Shown in pieces: positions 6,372-15,089 of a DNA stretch of 35,497 bases (within the stretch, counting starts at the first letter, position 1; each line of letters begins with the position of its first letter). This DNA is from a virus. Both the position numbers and the translations under genes were made by a program. The DNA is taken from the IMG/VR virus record IMGVR_UViG_3300000271_000004, positions 1-35,497 of that record; one strand, written 5' to 3'. The notes under the pieces are model-generated. The model was not told the origin of the DNA. It ran no database searches and saw nothing but the letters and a program-made list of their open reading frames with translations.

Positions 6372-7804
6372 CCGATTACAACAATTTAACACGAAATCAA
6401 TTAGCCTATGCAAGGGTTAAATGCGATGAATCACTATTGTTTTTTACTCGCTTTTGGTTTCGTGTACTTAAAAATCAAAAGTTTGTTACCAATTGGCATC
6501 ATGAAGAGATTTGCTTTGAGTTAGATAACATTGAGAATTACCGCCTTGAATTATTAAACATCAACATTCCACCAAGATTTTCAAAAACAGAGATAGCAGC
6601 GGTTAATTTCATCGCTCGCGGTGTTGGTATGAATCCATACTCTAATTGGCTTTATATTACAGCATCTGATGAATTACGCTCACAAGTATCTGTATCTATT
6701 CGCGATATTGTTACACACCCATACTTTCATATTATGTATGGTGTTGAATTAAAGCCAGACCAAAATAGTAAGAACCTTTGGCGAACTACCCAAGGTGGAG
6801 GATTAAAAACAGCTACTATATTCGGTCAAATTACAGGATTCGGAGCAGGTCAATTGAATGATGAATTAATAGATGAAATGCGAATTTTTGAGGGTGCCAT
6901 TATATTAGATGACTTAAATAAAACAGACGATTCACAGGAAGAAAACGCGATAAACGAAAAGGTATCAAGAACTGTTTTTAATACTGTTTTAAGCCGTAAA
7001 AACTCACAAGATACACCAATTATAAACATACAACAAAGAGCGGGTGTAACAGATGTTACAGCGCAATTTATGGAACACTATGGTGAAAGTGATAAGGCAA
7101 AATTTATGGTTTATCCTATTGTTTCAAATGATGGTGTTCCACTTTGGGAGTACAAATTCAATTTAGATTCAATCAATGAACTAAAAACAAGCCCTAAAAC
7201 AGCGCACGTATTCGAAACGCAGTATATGCAGAACGCTACGAAACGTGAGGGTTTGATATACCAAAAAGAAGATTTAAACCATTGGGAAACGTTACCAGAG
7301 AAATTCGAATCTATCTATTCGTTTACAGATATTGCAGATACTGGGGAAGATAAACATAATACTATTTCAGCTGGATTAATTGGTAAAAAATGGTACTTAA
7401 TACCTAAGATGGTATTTACAAAAGAAGGAACTGAAATAAACACGCTTTTAACAGCAGAACATCTAAATGAGTTTTTACCTAAAGTAGCAATGATTGAAAC
7501 GAATATGGGTGGTTCAATGTATGTTCAATTATTAAAGCCATTGGTAAATGGTTCGGTTACTATTTACGGCATAAAGAATACAAGCAATAAGATAACGAGA
7601 ATGATAGGAAGCAAAAAGTTTATAATGGATAACTTCCTTTTGCCACCAATTGAACTAATGAAAAATGACCCTATTTTATGGTCATGGTATTCCGAACTAT
7701 TCAAAGTGACTAAAGACGGTAAATATAAACACGACGATGCGTTAGACACGTTAACAGGACTTTCAGAAGCAGTTTATAGCCATTTTAATCACTTATATCA
7801 ATAA
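6368..7804 (+). CDS. terL: Terminase large subunit
   Basis: 478 aa with a PPRFSKTE P-loop-like segment, an ILDDLNK Walker-B-like segment and a C-terminal KHDDALDTL nuclease motif. Confidence 0.85.
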   Translation: MTDYNNLTRNQLAYARVKCDESLLFFTRFWFRVLKNQKFVTNWHHEEICFELDNIENYRLELLNINIPPRFSKTEIAAVNFIARGVGMNPYSNWLYITASDELRSQVSVSIRDIVTHPYFHIMYGVELKPDQNSKNLWRTTQGGGLKTATIFGQITGFGAGQLNDELIDEMRIFEGAIILDDLNKTDDSQEENAINEKVSRTVFNTVLSRKNSQDTPIINIQQRAGVTDVTAQFMEHYGESDKAKFMVYPIVSNDGVPLWEYKFNLDSINELKTSPKTAHVFETQYMQNATKREGLIYQKEDLNHWETLPEKFESIYSFTDIADTGEDKHNTISAGLIGKKWYLIPKMVFTKEGTEINTLLTAEHLNEFLPKVAMIETNMGGSMYVQLLKPLVNGSVTIYGIKNTSNKITRMIGSKKFIMDNFLLPPIELMKNDPILWSWYSELFKVTKDGKYKHDDALDTLTGLSEAVYSHFNHLYQ

Positions 7805-9021
7805 GTTTCCATGACTAATCGTTCAGCATCTTTTGCGCTATATCCAGCGTCAATATACGTTTTAATTGCGCTTGCTTTCTTTTCAGCTATTTCAACATCG
7901 GTGGTAGAATCAGATTGTAAAGCGCTAATGTGGTCATAACTAATAACCAATTTATGACCATCTTTTAAAAATAATCCATTGGTCATATTATTACAGAAAT
8001 CTTCTGCGAATGGCTGTATTCCATCTTGATAAGCCATTTTTAAACCTTCTTTTAAGTTTGCTTGAACCTTTGACTTTTCCTTACTAAAAATGTTGTCATT
8101 CAAATTGATGGCATCTATTAAACGCTTCATACCTTCTGAAATAGTTTCGAAAGTCATAAAATCTTTAACGGGTAACGTAGTTGAATTCCACTTTACGTCA
8201 CCATTAACCATCTTAATTGACGATTGACCATTAAATATTCCGTATTCTTCTATATCTTGTTTTGCAAGTGCTATTCTATCCGATTCACTCATAGCTAAAG
8301 AATTACCCATACTATCCTTAGATTGGGATGAATAGAAGCCTAAAGCCCCTTTTTTAGTGTACAAAACGTTTACTAAGCCGTGTGCAGCACGAATGTTTGA
8401 AATAGTCATGTGAAGGGATTCTAACACTGAACGTCCGATGACAGGATTCATTGGGTCAACTCTTCTATGGTGTATCAATTCACTTGCTAACCATTCTTTT
8501 CTATCGTTATTTGTACGGTTATCAATATAGTATCGATTTATAATACCATCAATATCCATTTGCTCAAACATTTTACCTGTTAATTCAACTTTAACTTCAT
8601 TTGGTGGTAAATTCCAAAGTACAGTAGGTAAATCACTTAGTTGGCTTCCTTTTAATGGATATGTTATTCTATTGCCAAAAATAAGGTAATGTAAAGCGGA
8701 TTGAATCATAAAAGATTTACCATCTAATAAAGGGTTTGGATTTAAAAGTAATTTAACCAATTCGGATTTTTCTACAATATTTCCATCTTTGTCTAATTCT
8801 TGATAGATACCATTTGAAAACATTGAAGCGAACCTATTAAAAACAATATTTATCTCTCCTGTAGTATCATACAATTCCGCTTCATTCCCTTGTACAACTT
8901 CGAATTGTGCCTTTTCAGAACCTAATCCAAATAACTGACGAAACCAATTAGCGTTAGTTCTAACGAATCTATCATTTCCGCGATTCCAGTTAATTCCGAG
9001 TTTTCCAAGTTGAATATTCAT
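7798..9021 (-). CDS. Portal protein (HK97-family type)
   Basis: 407 aa with LLLNPNPLLDGKSFMIQSALHYLIFGNRITYP and ELIHHRRVDPMNPVIGRSVLESL, which are portal-like motifs. It is the only convincing minus-strand gene. Confidence 0.85.
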   Translation of the reverse strand: MNIQLGKLGINWNRGNDRFVRTNANWFRQLFGLGSEKAQFEVVQGNEAELYDTTGEINIVFNRFASMFSNGIYQELDKDGNIVEKSELVKLLLNPNPLLDGKSFMIQSALHYLIFGNRITYPLKGSQLSDLPTVLWNLPPNEVKVELTGKMFEQMDIDGIINRYYIDNRTNNDRKEWLASELIHHRRVDPMNPVIGRSVLESLHMTISNIRAAHGLVNVLYTKKGALGFYSSQSKDSMGNSLAMSESDRIALAKQDIEEYGIFNGQSSIKMVNGDVKWNSTTLPVKDFMTFETISEGMKRLIDAINLNDNIFSKEKSKVQANLKEGLKMAYQDGIQPFAEDFCNNMTNGLFLKDGHKLVISYDHISALQSDSTTDVEIAEKKASAIKTYIDAGYSAKDAERLVMETY

Positions 9022-9042
9022 AGCTTTTATTTATATTTACAT

Positions 9043-9069
9043 CAAATGTATTGATTTTAATTATATTTG
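9043..9069. promoter_or_regulatory. Divergent -7-type boxes (TAcaTTTG on the minus strand at 9043-9050; TAtaTTTG on the plus strand at 9062-9069)
   Basis: Both match the Bacteroidota TAnnTTTG -7 consensus and lie in the 151-nt gap between the portal and protease starts. Confidence 0.4.
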
Positions 9070-9172
9070 TGTATGGAAAACGAAAAAGAACGCGAGAAAA
9101 TTGATATTAAAACTATCAAAAATGACCGTGAAAAGGTTGTTAAAGGTGATAAAATCGTGAAAAAATAAAGTT

Positions 9173-9985
9173 ATGGATAAACCTACTTTTACTAATAAGT
9201 CAGAGGAAATTAAATGGATAGTTGAAAATAAAGAGTTTTTGATTAGCCAAAAGAAAGCTACTAATAAGCATTCTGATATTATCGAATTTTCACCCGAATT
9301 AACTTCTAAGCATTCAGCGAATAAAGCCGAATCAACTGATATGTTAGACCCTCGATTAAGTGTTAAAGCTGTTATTAATACCACAGGTTTAATAGATTCG
9401 CACATGGATTGCCATATTGAAGGTATTTGGACGAAATCACTAAAAGAACAATCATACTTACTTTGGCTGCAAGAACACGAATGTGAGTTTGAGTACATTA
9501 TAGCCGATTCAAGAAATGATGAATTGAAAGCAACTGCTAAAATGATGTCATGGAAAGATTTAGGATTCAACTTTGAAGGCAATACACAAGCCTTAATATT
9601 TGATGCAAAATTGAATAAAGAGCGTAATGAATTCATGTATAAGCAATATGCTAATGGATGGGTATTACAACATTCAGTTGGGATGCGTTACGTTAAGCTG
9701 TATTTATGCGTTGATTCAAGTGAGCCAGAATACACACAGGAAAAAGAAGCTTGGGACAAATACTATCCAATGGTTGTGAATAAAGAAGTAGCAGACCAAA
9801 AAGGGTATTTCTGGGCTGTAACAGAAGCAAAGATAATTGAAGGTAGCGCGGTTGTAAAAGGTTCAAACTATGCAACACCTACACTTTCGGTAAGCACTAA
9901 AAATAACGAAGCCGTCAATGACACTTCAAAACAAGAGCCGTCAAGTGACACTCAAAAATCAAAATCAACACATTTATTAATTTAA
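9173..9985 (+). CDS. Prohead maturation protease (HK97 family, S78/U35 type)
   Basis: LIDSHMDCH, LLWLQEH, QHSVGM and IIEGSAVVKGSNYATP motifs, located upstream of the capsid gene. Confidence 0.8.
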   Translation: MDKPTFTNKSEEIKWIVENKEFLISQKKATNKHSDIIEFSPELTSKHSANKAESTDMLDPRLSVKAVINTTGLIDSHMDCHIEGIWTKSLKEQSYLLWLQEHECEFEYIIADSRNDELKATAKMMSWKDLGFNFEGNTQALIFDAKLNKERNEFMYKQYANGWVLQHSVGMRYVKLYLCVDSSEPEYTQEKEAWDKYYPMVVNKEVADQKGYFWAVTEAKIIEGSAVVKGSNYATPTLSVSTKNNEAVNDTSKQEPSSDTQKSKSTHLLI

Positions 9986-9997
9986 ACAATCGAAAAG

Positions 9998-11254
9998 ATG
10001 TTTGTAGAAAAAACAATTGAAGAATTCGAAGCATTGACGGCTAAAGAACAGCAAGAATATGTTATCGCAAAGCGTACGCATGAAGCAGAAGCGCGTAAAC
10101 AAGAAATTGCTGATGCAATCGCAGAAGCGCAAAAAAATAACGCAAGCAAAGAAGAAATTGAAGCGTTACAAGCTAAGTCTGAAAAGATTATCAAAGAATT
10201 GGAATTATACGGTATGCGATTAAAAGCGATATTAGAAGTTCCAACAACTGATAAAGGTAGTTCAGTAAGTCTTGAAACAGCTTTGAAAGAAGCATTTGAA
10301 GCAAAAGCAGATGAGTTTAAAAAACTTGCTGATGGTGATATTTCAGCAGTTAAAGCAGTAGTAAATATTACAGATGCTACAACTATTGACGCGGCTGGTT
10401 CGGCTTCTCAATACTCATTAACAACTAACACAGGTATTATTTCTAAGATTCGTTCAAGAATCATGAAGTACTTGGGTAATGTTTCAGTTGGTCGTATGAC
10501 AGGAAACCGCGTTATGTGGATGGAAGAGTTGGACGAACAAGGAACACCAATCTTTATTGCAGAAGCAGCGACTAAAACAAAGGTTTCTGTTCGTTACGAA
10601 GAGCGCGAAAAGAAATCGAAGAAAATTGGTATTCACTCCAAAATTTCAACGGAGTTTTTGCGTAATTTGCCACAGTTGGTAAACTATGTACGTATGAACT
10701 TAGTTAAACGTGTTGACATTGTTACAGAAGACCAATTGTTTAATGGTGACGATACAGGTAATAACTTAGCTGGTTTAACAGAATACGCAACACCATTTAC
10801 GGGTGGCTCATTAAATGGAACACTTACAACACCTTCAACGGCTGATGTATTCCGTGCGATTGCTTTACAAGTAGAAGAAGCATTTGGTATTGCTACAGCT
10901 ATCTTTGTTCGTCCAAGCGTACTTGCTTCAATGGACGTTGAAAAGTCTGTTGATGGTGTTTATTTGTTACCGCCTTTCCGTGCAGCAAATGGAAACATGG
11001 TGGCTGGAATGGAATTAATTTCTTCAAATGGTTTACCAACTGGAGTTGATTTTATAGGTGGTGATTTATCGGTTGTAAACGTTGCTTTCGCTGACCAAAT
11101 GACAGTTGAAATTAATCGTTCTGGTGACGACATGATTAACAACCTACGTACCGTATTAGTTGAACAAGAATTGGTTCAGTATGTATCAGCTAACGATACA
11201 CAAGTATTAGTTCAAGGAAGCATCGCTACGGCTATCACAGCGTTAACAGTTTAA
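9998..11254 (+). CDS. Major capsid protein (HK97 fold) with an N-terminal coiled-coil delta domain
   Basis: 418 aa with an E/K/A-rich first ~100 aa followed by a capsid-like core, in the canonical position after the protease. Confidence 0.85.
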   Translation: MFVEKTIEEFEALTAKEQQEYVIAKRTHEAEARKQEIADAIAEAQKNNASKEEIEALQAKSEKIIKELELYGMRLKAILEVPTTDKGSSVSLETALKEAFEAKADEFKKLADGDISAVKAVVNITDATTIDAAGSASQYSLTTNTGIISKIRSRIMKYLGNVSVGRMTGNRVMWMEELDEQGTPIFIAEAATKTKVSVRYEEREKKSKKIGIHSKISTEFLRNLPQLVNYVRMNLVKRVDIVTEDQLFNGDDTGNNLAGLTEYATPFTGGSLNGTLTTPSTADVFRAIALQVEEAFGIATAIFVRPSVLASMDVEKSVDGVYLLPPFRAANGNMVAGMELISSNGLPTGVDFIGGDLSVVNVAFADQMTVEINRSGDDMINNLRTVLVEQELVQYVSANDTQVLVQGSIATAITALTV

Positions 11255-11264
11255 TACTTTAGCC

Positions 11265-11411
11265 ATGAAAAAAATTGAAATCACACAAGATGTTGCTGGA
11301 ATGAAAGTGGGTACTATTAAGAATGTACCTGTTAAAATTGCAGACGCTATGATTGAAAAAGGATTGGCAAAAGAAGTGAAAATGTTAAAATCTGAAAAAA
11401 GCAGAAACTAA
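11265..11411 (+). CDS. 48-aa protein after the capsid gene, absent from the ORF track
   Basis: MKKIEITQDVAGMKVGTIKNVPVKIADAMIEKGLAKEVKMLKSEKSRN fills an otherwise empty 175-nt gap. Confidence 0.5.
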   Translation: MKKIEITQDVAGMKVGTIKNVPVKIADAMIEKGLAKEVKMLKSEKSRN

Positions 11412-11429
11412 AAAAGTAATAAAAGAATA

Positions 11430-11936
11430 ATGGGACTTTTACAAACAGCTGATTTTGTTGGTAGCTATGCAGTAGCACAAGACCAAATTACGATCATTGA
11501 TTTACAGAAAGTAATTGATGAATATGAGAGTGTGTACTTAGCTAAAATGTTCGGTGCTACATTATCGGTTGATTTGTTCAATTATGTTGACGGGGGTTCT
11601 ACTCCTGTCAACCCATTATTTGACTTTATATACAATCCTTTCACTTTAGATTTGGATTGTGAGTTACTTATTAGTTTAGGTGTAAAACAGGCTTTAATTG
11701 GATTTATTTACTATGAATTTGTAGTAAAGAATAAGATAAAAGCAAGCCAAATTTCGGGTGTTGAACGTGTTAAAATGGAAAATTCAACTTCAAGTATTGG
11801 TATTGAGCCACAAGTGTATAACTCTTATAATAATGCTGTTAAAACAACTAAGGCTATTCAATACTATATCTTAAAAAACAAAGTTGATTATCCAGACTTC
11901 AATGGTAGAAAGTTTCTATTAAACTACTCTTTATAA
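11430..11936 (+). CDS. Virion protein, possibly a head-tail connector/adaptor (weak call)
   Basis: 168-aa ORF at the synteny position after the capsid gene. The functional call rests on position only. Confidence 0.6.
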   Translation: MGLLQTADFVGSYAVAQDQITIIDLQKVIDEYESVYLAKMFGATLSVDLFNYVDGGSTPVNPLFDFIYNPFTLDLDCELLISLGVKQALIGFIYYEFVVKNKIKASQISGVERVKMENSTSSIGIEPQVYNSYNNAVKTTKAIQYYILKNKVDYPDFNGRKFLLNYSL

Positions 11937-12652
11937 TGGTAAAGACAGGACGCGAAGTATTTAAGGCGGTTGTATACGACAAGATTAACGGCTTAATTAA
12001 AGTTGAACGTATTATTGACGCTACAGATTCAAATTATTATATCGTTCAGATTTGCGAATTAAAATGGCTTAGAAATGGTTCTTTTGTTACATTAAACAAC
12101 ACCGTAACTTTTGCAGTTTCGGAAATTGACTACTCACTAAAAACAGTCAAATTAACAAAGCTAAATCCGTTAGATACATTGGTTAATGGTGACGTATTGC
12201 AATTAGAATTTCCAGCGTTTAATAGTGGTACACCACTTAATTACAACAAGGAAAGACAAATGACAATTAATGCAGCTATTCAAGTAGCACCAATTAACAT
12301 CTGGCTTTTAGAATCTATCAAAGGTTCACGTCCTTTAAAAACTGAATACATGGGGTATTCATTTGATTTTGTTTTCTATATCCTTTACGATGCTGATTTG
12401 ACTAATACACTTAATGCACAAAGACACGAAACAAACATTCGTTATGCTACACAGATACGCGCTGAAATAGAACGTGTATTGGATGAAACAAATGGTGTTT
12501 TTAGAACGTCTGAACTTGCATTTCGTGAGTTACCAATATTCGGAAAGGAAACTGAAAACGGAATTGAGCAATATATTATTGATGCTAATATGTCGGGCAT
12601 CGAGTGCAGAGTTTCTGTAAGAGTTACGACAGAATTTTTATGTAAATGTTAA
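11936..12652 (+). CDS. Structural protein of unknown function
   Basis: 238-aa ORF whose start overlaps the previous stop (TAATG). Confidence 0.65.
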   Translation: MVKTGREVFKAVVYDKINGLIKVERIIDATDSNYYIVQICELKWLRNGSFVTLNNTVTFAVSEIDYSLKTVKLTKLNPLDTLVNGDVLQLEFPAFNSGTPLNYNKERQMTINAAIQVAPINIWLLESIKGSRPLKTEYMGYSFDFVFYILYDADLTNTLNAQRHETNIRYATQIRAEIERVLDETNGVFRTSELAFRELPIFGKETENGIEQYIIDANMSGIECRVSVRVTTEFLCKC

Positions 12653-12663
12653 AACTTTAAAAT

Positions 12664-13665
12664 ATGGTAACAACACAAGGATGTTGTGCAGAAGCACTTC
12701 ATAGCGTAGGACAGGCTTGTTCATTAGCGCCTAACGCGTTCACTAACTTTTTCGTATTTTCAAGATACCGAAACGGTGTAAGAGCATGGATTCCATCAAA
12801 TACAGCACCACTTGCTGGATTGAGTATTGGTGAAGAAATCCAAGAAATGGTAAATCAAACATCGAATATTCACAATTCGTTATACCCGATTCCTAAGCCT
12901 ACACAAATCATGTTCACGCCAAGCGACTACACAACAAGTGCAGACCCGATTGGATTCGAACAAGTTAATGGTGGTGGAAATATCCAAATGGCTACAATTA
13001 CTTGGACGGGAGATTTAGCAACACCATTGTTGGAGCGTGATTTGAATAAAATGTTTACTGAGTGTGGTGACCGTGATATTGTTTTCGGTGACGATTTCGG
13101 TGCATTGGTAGGTATTAAAAAGGTTGGTTACGACTTAGGATTATTTGGGTTTCAAGTAGTGCGTTCTACAGTTCGTATTAAATTTGACCCAGCTGTTAAT
13201 GGTTCAAGTGTACGTACTTTGACTTTAATGTTCCAAGTATTAAAAGAGCCTAAAAACTCAACGTACATGGCTGTTATTTCATCAAACGTACTTGGTTACG
13301 ATTCAGACGATTTAAAACCGTTACGTTACTTTACAGGGCTTTGTGAAGCTATTACAACTACAGAGTTAAGTTTTCAAATGTCTGGCGATTCGGCTGATGC
13401 GTCAAAACGTTTGTATTTGGTAGGATTTACGGGTGCAACACCACAAGTTTTGCAATTGGAAAATGTTACAGCCAATACATTCACTGCAATTTCATCTGGT
13501 GACATTGTAGAAAACTTCGTTCCAGACGACCAAGTGACAAATACCAATGGTACAAGCTACACCGTTACAATTACAGCTGCTACAACAGGCGATTTAATTC
13601 GTTTAGTTGCAACAGGTATAGGTGGATATGAAAAGATTGTATCTAACACGGTTGAAGCGTTATAA
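12664..13665 (+). CDS. Candidate major tail protein with a C-terminal Ig-like segment
   Basis: 333 aa and the last large gene before the tail-assembly block. The C-terminal T/V-rich beta-like ~90 aa supports the call, which is mostly positional. Confidence 0.5.
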   Translation: MVTTQGCCAEALHSVGQACSLAPNAFTNFFVFSRYRNGVRAWIPSNTAPLAGLSIGEEIQEMVNQTSNIHNSLYPIPKPTQIMFTPSDYTTSADPIGFEQVNGGGNIQMATITWTGDLATPLLERDLNKMFTECGDRDIVFGDDFGALVGIKKVGYDLGLFGFQVVRSTVRIKFDPAVNGSSVRTLTLMFQVLKEPKNSTYMAVISSNVLGYDSDDLKPLRYFTGLCEAITTTELSFQMSGDSADASKRLYLVGFTGATPQVLQLENVTANTFTAISSGDIVENFVPDDQVTNTNGTSYTVTITAATTGDLIRLVATGIGGYEKIVSNTVEAL

Positions 13666-13880
13666 TGAGCGTTATCGTAGTAGATGGATTTACATTCAAT
13701 GCTGAATACTTTAAAAAGATTTCAGAGGTTGATGCGGTTAAACGGTTAAGTCACGTTTACCAATATTCAACGATTATGAAGGCTTGGAAAGTAGCAAATG
13801 GAAAATCTATTCCGAATACGAAGAAAAGTAGTAAATCGGAAAAGGAAAAACCAATTGAGGAAACTCCAATTGTAGATTAA
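13665..13880 (+). CDS. Hypothetical protein with a lysine-rich tail
   Basis: 71-aa ORF with a TAATG overlap to the previous gene. Confidence 0.55.
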   Translation: MSVIVVDGFTFNAEYFKKISEVDAVKRLSHVYQYSTIMKAWKVANGKSIPNTKKSSKSEKEKPIEETPIVD

Positions 13881-13886
13881 AAATAG

Positions 13887-13918
13887 AAAGGCTTGCAGAA
13901 ATGTGAGCCTTTTTTTTG
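13887..13918 (+). terminator. Rho-independent terminator with a GAAA tetraloop
   Basis: AAAGGCTTGCA-GAAA-TGTGAGCCTTT stem followed by a T8 run. Confidence 0.7.
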
Positions 13919-13947
13919 TTTTGTATTTAATTTTATTCTTATATTTG
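13915..13947 (+). promoter_or_regulatory. Bacteroidota-type promoter candidate (TTTG-N21-TAtaTTTG)
   Basis: TTTG at 13915-18 and TATATTTG at 13940-47. Confidence 0.5.
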
Positions 13948-14375
13948 ACCTATCCAATAATGAATTGAGACGCATTAAGGAAAGATATTCAAGACCGTTT
14001 TTAGGTTACATACACAAAATATACCCTCAAGTTCGTCTCAAACTCTATTTGCTTGGGGGTTGTGTTGTTTAAAAGTGAACATAACGAATCACACCATTAA
14101 AACGGTTCAATCAAAAACACTTGTAACTTAAAATGCTTATTCGATAAATAAAACCCCGCAATGTTTAAGGTTAACAACGGGTACTGCAAGCCGAAAGGTA
14201 AAAGAATAAGTAAGGTAAATATCCCAAGTTTAAACTGAATACATAAGAAAGGGACGTAGTGCGAAGTGTTTAAGGTTGCATTGATTGTTAAAAGGTGTAT
14301 TTAACATGAAGTATTACAAGTTTGATTACTTGCAGTATAGAACCTTGGTGTATCAAATAGTTAAAAATTAAAATT
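13948..14375 (+). other. ORF-free transcribed-looking region (candidate non-coding RNA or leader)
   Basis: There is no ORF of 60 aa or more on either strand. It contains a 9-bp hairpin at 14023-14060, the 11-mer TGTTTAAGGTT twice (14162, 14267), and a 9-bp long-range complement (14182-90 with 14329-37). Confidence 0.35.
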
Positions 14376-14540
14376 ATGGAAGTTATTATTGGTTTGAGTA
14401 TTTGTGTATTATTTGGATTGTTATTTTTTTATATGACTTATACCATATTTAATATTATGAACGAATTAAACGAAAAAAGAATACAAGATATGAAGGATTC
14501 AAAAAATACTATTGATAGATTCAAAATGAAAAAAGAATAA
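14376..14540 (+). CDS. 54-aa single-TM micro-protein, absent from the ORF track
   Basis: MEVIIGLSICVLFGLLFFYMTYTIFNIMNELNEKRIQDMKDSKNTIDRFKMKKE has a hydrophobic N-terminus and a charged C-terminus. Confidence 0.45.
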   Translation: MEVIIGLSICVLFGLLFFYMTYTIFNIMNELNEKRIQDMKDSKNTIDRFKMKKE

Positions 14541-14583
14541 TTTGGTTTAAAATAAAACGTATATTTGCTTAAATGTTTATTGG

Positions 14584-14611
14584 AAAGCGGGGTGAAAACT
14601 TCGCTTTTTTT
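14584..14611 (+). terminator. Rho-independent terminator/attenuator hairpin
   Basis: AAAGCGG...TCGCTTT stem followed by a T-run. A TAtaTTTG box lies just upstream at 14560-67. Confidence 0.6.
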
Positions 14612-14621
14612 GTTTTGTACT

Positions 14622-15089
14622 ATGTCGTATTTGGATTTCACAAGCATAACGGATTTAATAAGTAGAGGTCTTTCAATTACAGAAAGTAATGCTTGGACTT
14701 ATTCTATATCCAAAAGTGAAATACAACGCGAAATAATACGATTGAACCAAGAACAATTATATGAAGATGGGATTGATTCAAAGAATGGTAGTTTAGGTGT
14801 TTATCGTCCTTTTACTATTGAAAGAAAGAAAAGCAAAGGCGTTGGTAAAGGTAGGCGAAATGACCATGTTACACTTTATGACCAAGGTGATTTTTACGCT
14901 TCTATGAAAGTAACATACGATTCAGACTCATTTGAAGTAACCGCTGACGATTCAAGCAAATATGATAGACCATTATTTGAGATTTACGGTGAAGATGTTG
15001 TGGGATTAACGCCATTTAATTTGGAACGAATAAGAAACTTTATAGTTAAATATTATGCAGAATACATTGATAAAAAACTATTTTACTGA
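14622..15089 (+). CDS. Tail-module protein (candidate assembly chaperone by position)
   Basis: ATG at 14622 (MSYLDF) is preferred because the track's N-terminus spans the terminator. 155 aa, two genes upstream of the tape measure. Confidence 0.65.
   Translation: MSYLDFTSITDLISRGLSITESNAWTYSISKSEIQREIIRLNQEQLYEDGIDSKNGSLGVYRPFTIERKKSKGVGKGRRNDHVTLYDQGDFYASMKVTYDSDSFEVTADDSSKYDRPLFEIYGEDVVGLTPFNLERIRNFIVKYYAEYIDKKLFY

Noticed and set aside
9073-9168. A 31-aa ORF (MENEKEREKIDIKTIKNDREKVVKGDKIVKK) lies in the portal-protease gap.
   Set aside because: Its ATG lies only 3 nt after the plus-strand TAtaTTTG box, so a transcript from that promoter would probably start at or beyond the ATG. The sequence is low-complexity K/E. 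It is kept only as a weak possibility.
9061-9636. A 191-aa minus-strand ORF lies opposite the prohead protease gene.
   Set aside because: It fully overlaps a plus-strand gene with clear protease motifs, and its translation is low-complexity (S/F/N/I-rich). The same shadow-ORF reasoning applies to the minus-strand ORFs at 956-1171, 1874-2074, 3196-3435, 3620-3829, 4802-5210, 7564-7749, 9693-10194, 10960-11142, 14438-14647, 16216-16560, 17299-17607, 18133-18525, 19682-19919, 20228-20780, 22976-23200, 25810-26082, 28449-28679, 33836-34024 and 34933-35142.
14104-14112. A GGTTCAATC sequence resembling a tRNA T-loop raised the possibility of a tRNA in the non-coding island.
   Set aside because: The flanking bases cannot form the 5-bp T-stem, and no acceptor or anticodon arms could be drawn. 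No tRNA is claimed anywhere in the window, although a tRNAscan-SE or ARAGORN run should confirm this.
15055-15089. A canonical -1 frameshift (G/GT-type) between the two pre-tape-measure genes was considered.
   Set aside because: The downstream ORF is in the +1 frame relative to the upstream one. The A AAA AAC heptamer is phased for the downstream frame, not the upstream frame. Only a non-canonical shift remains possible, and that is reported separately at low interest.
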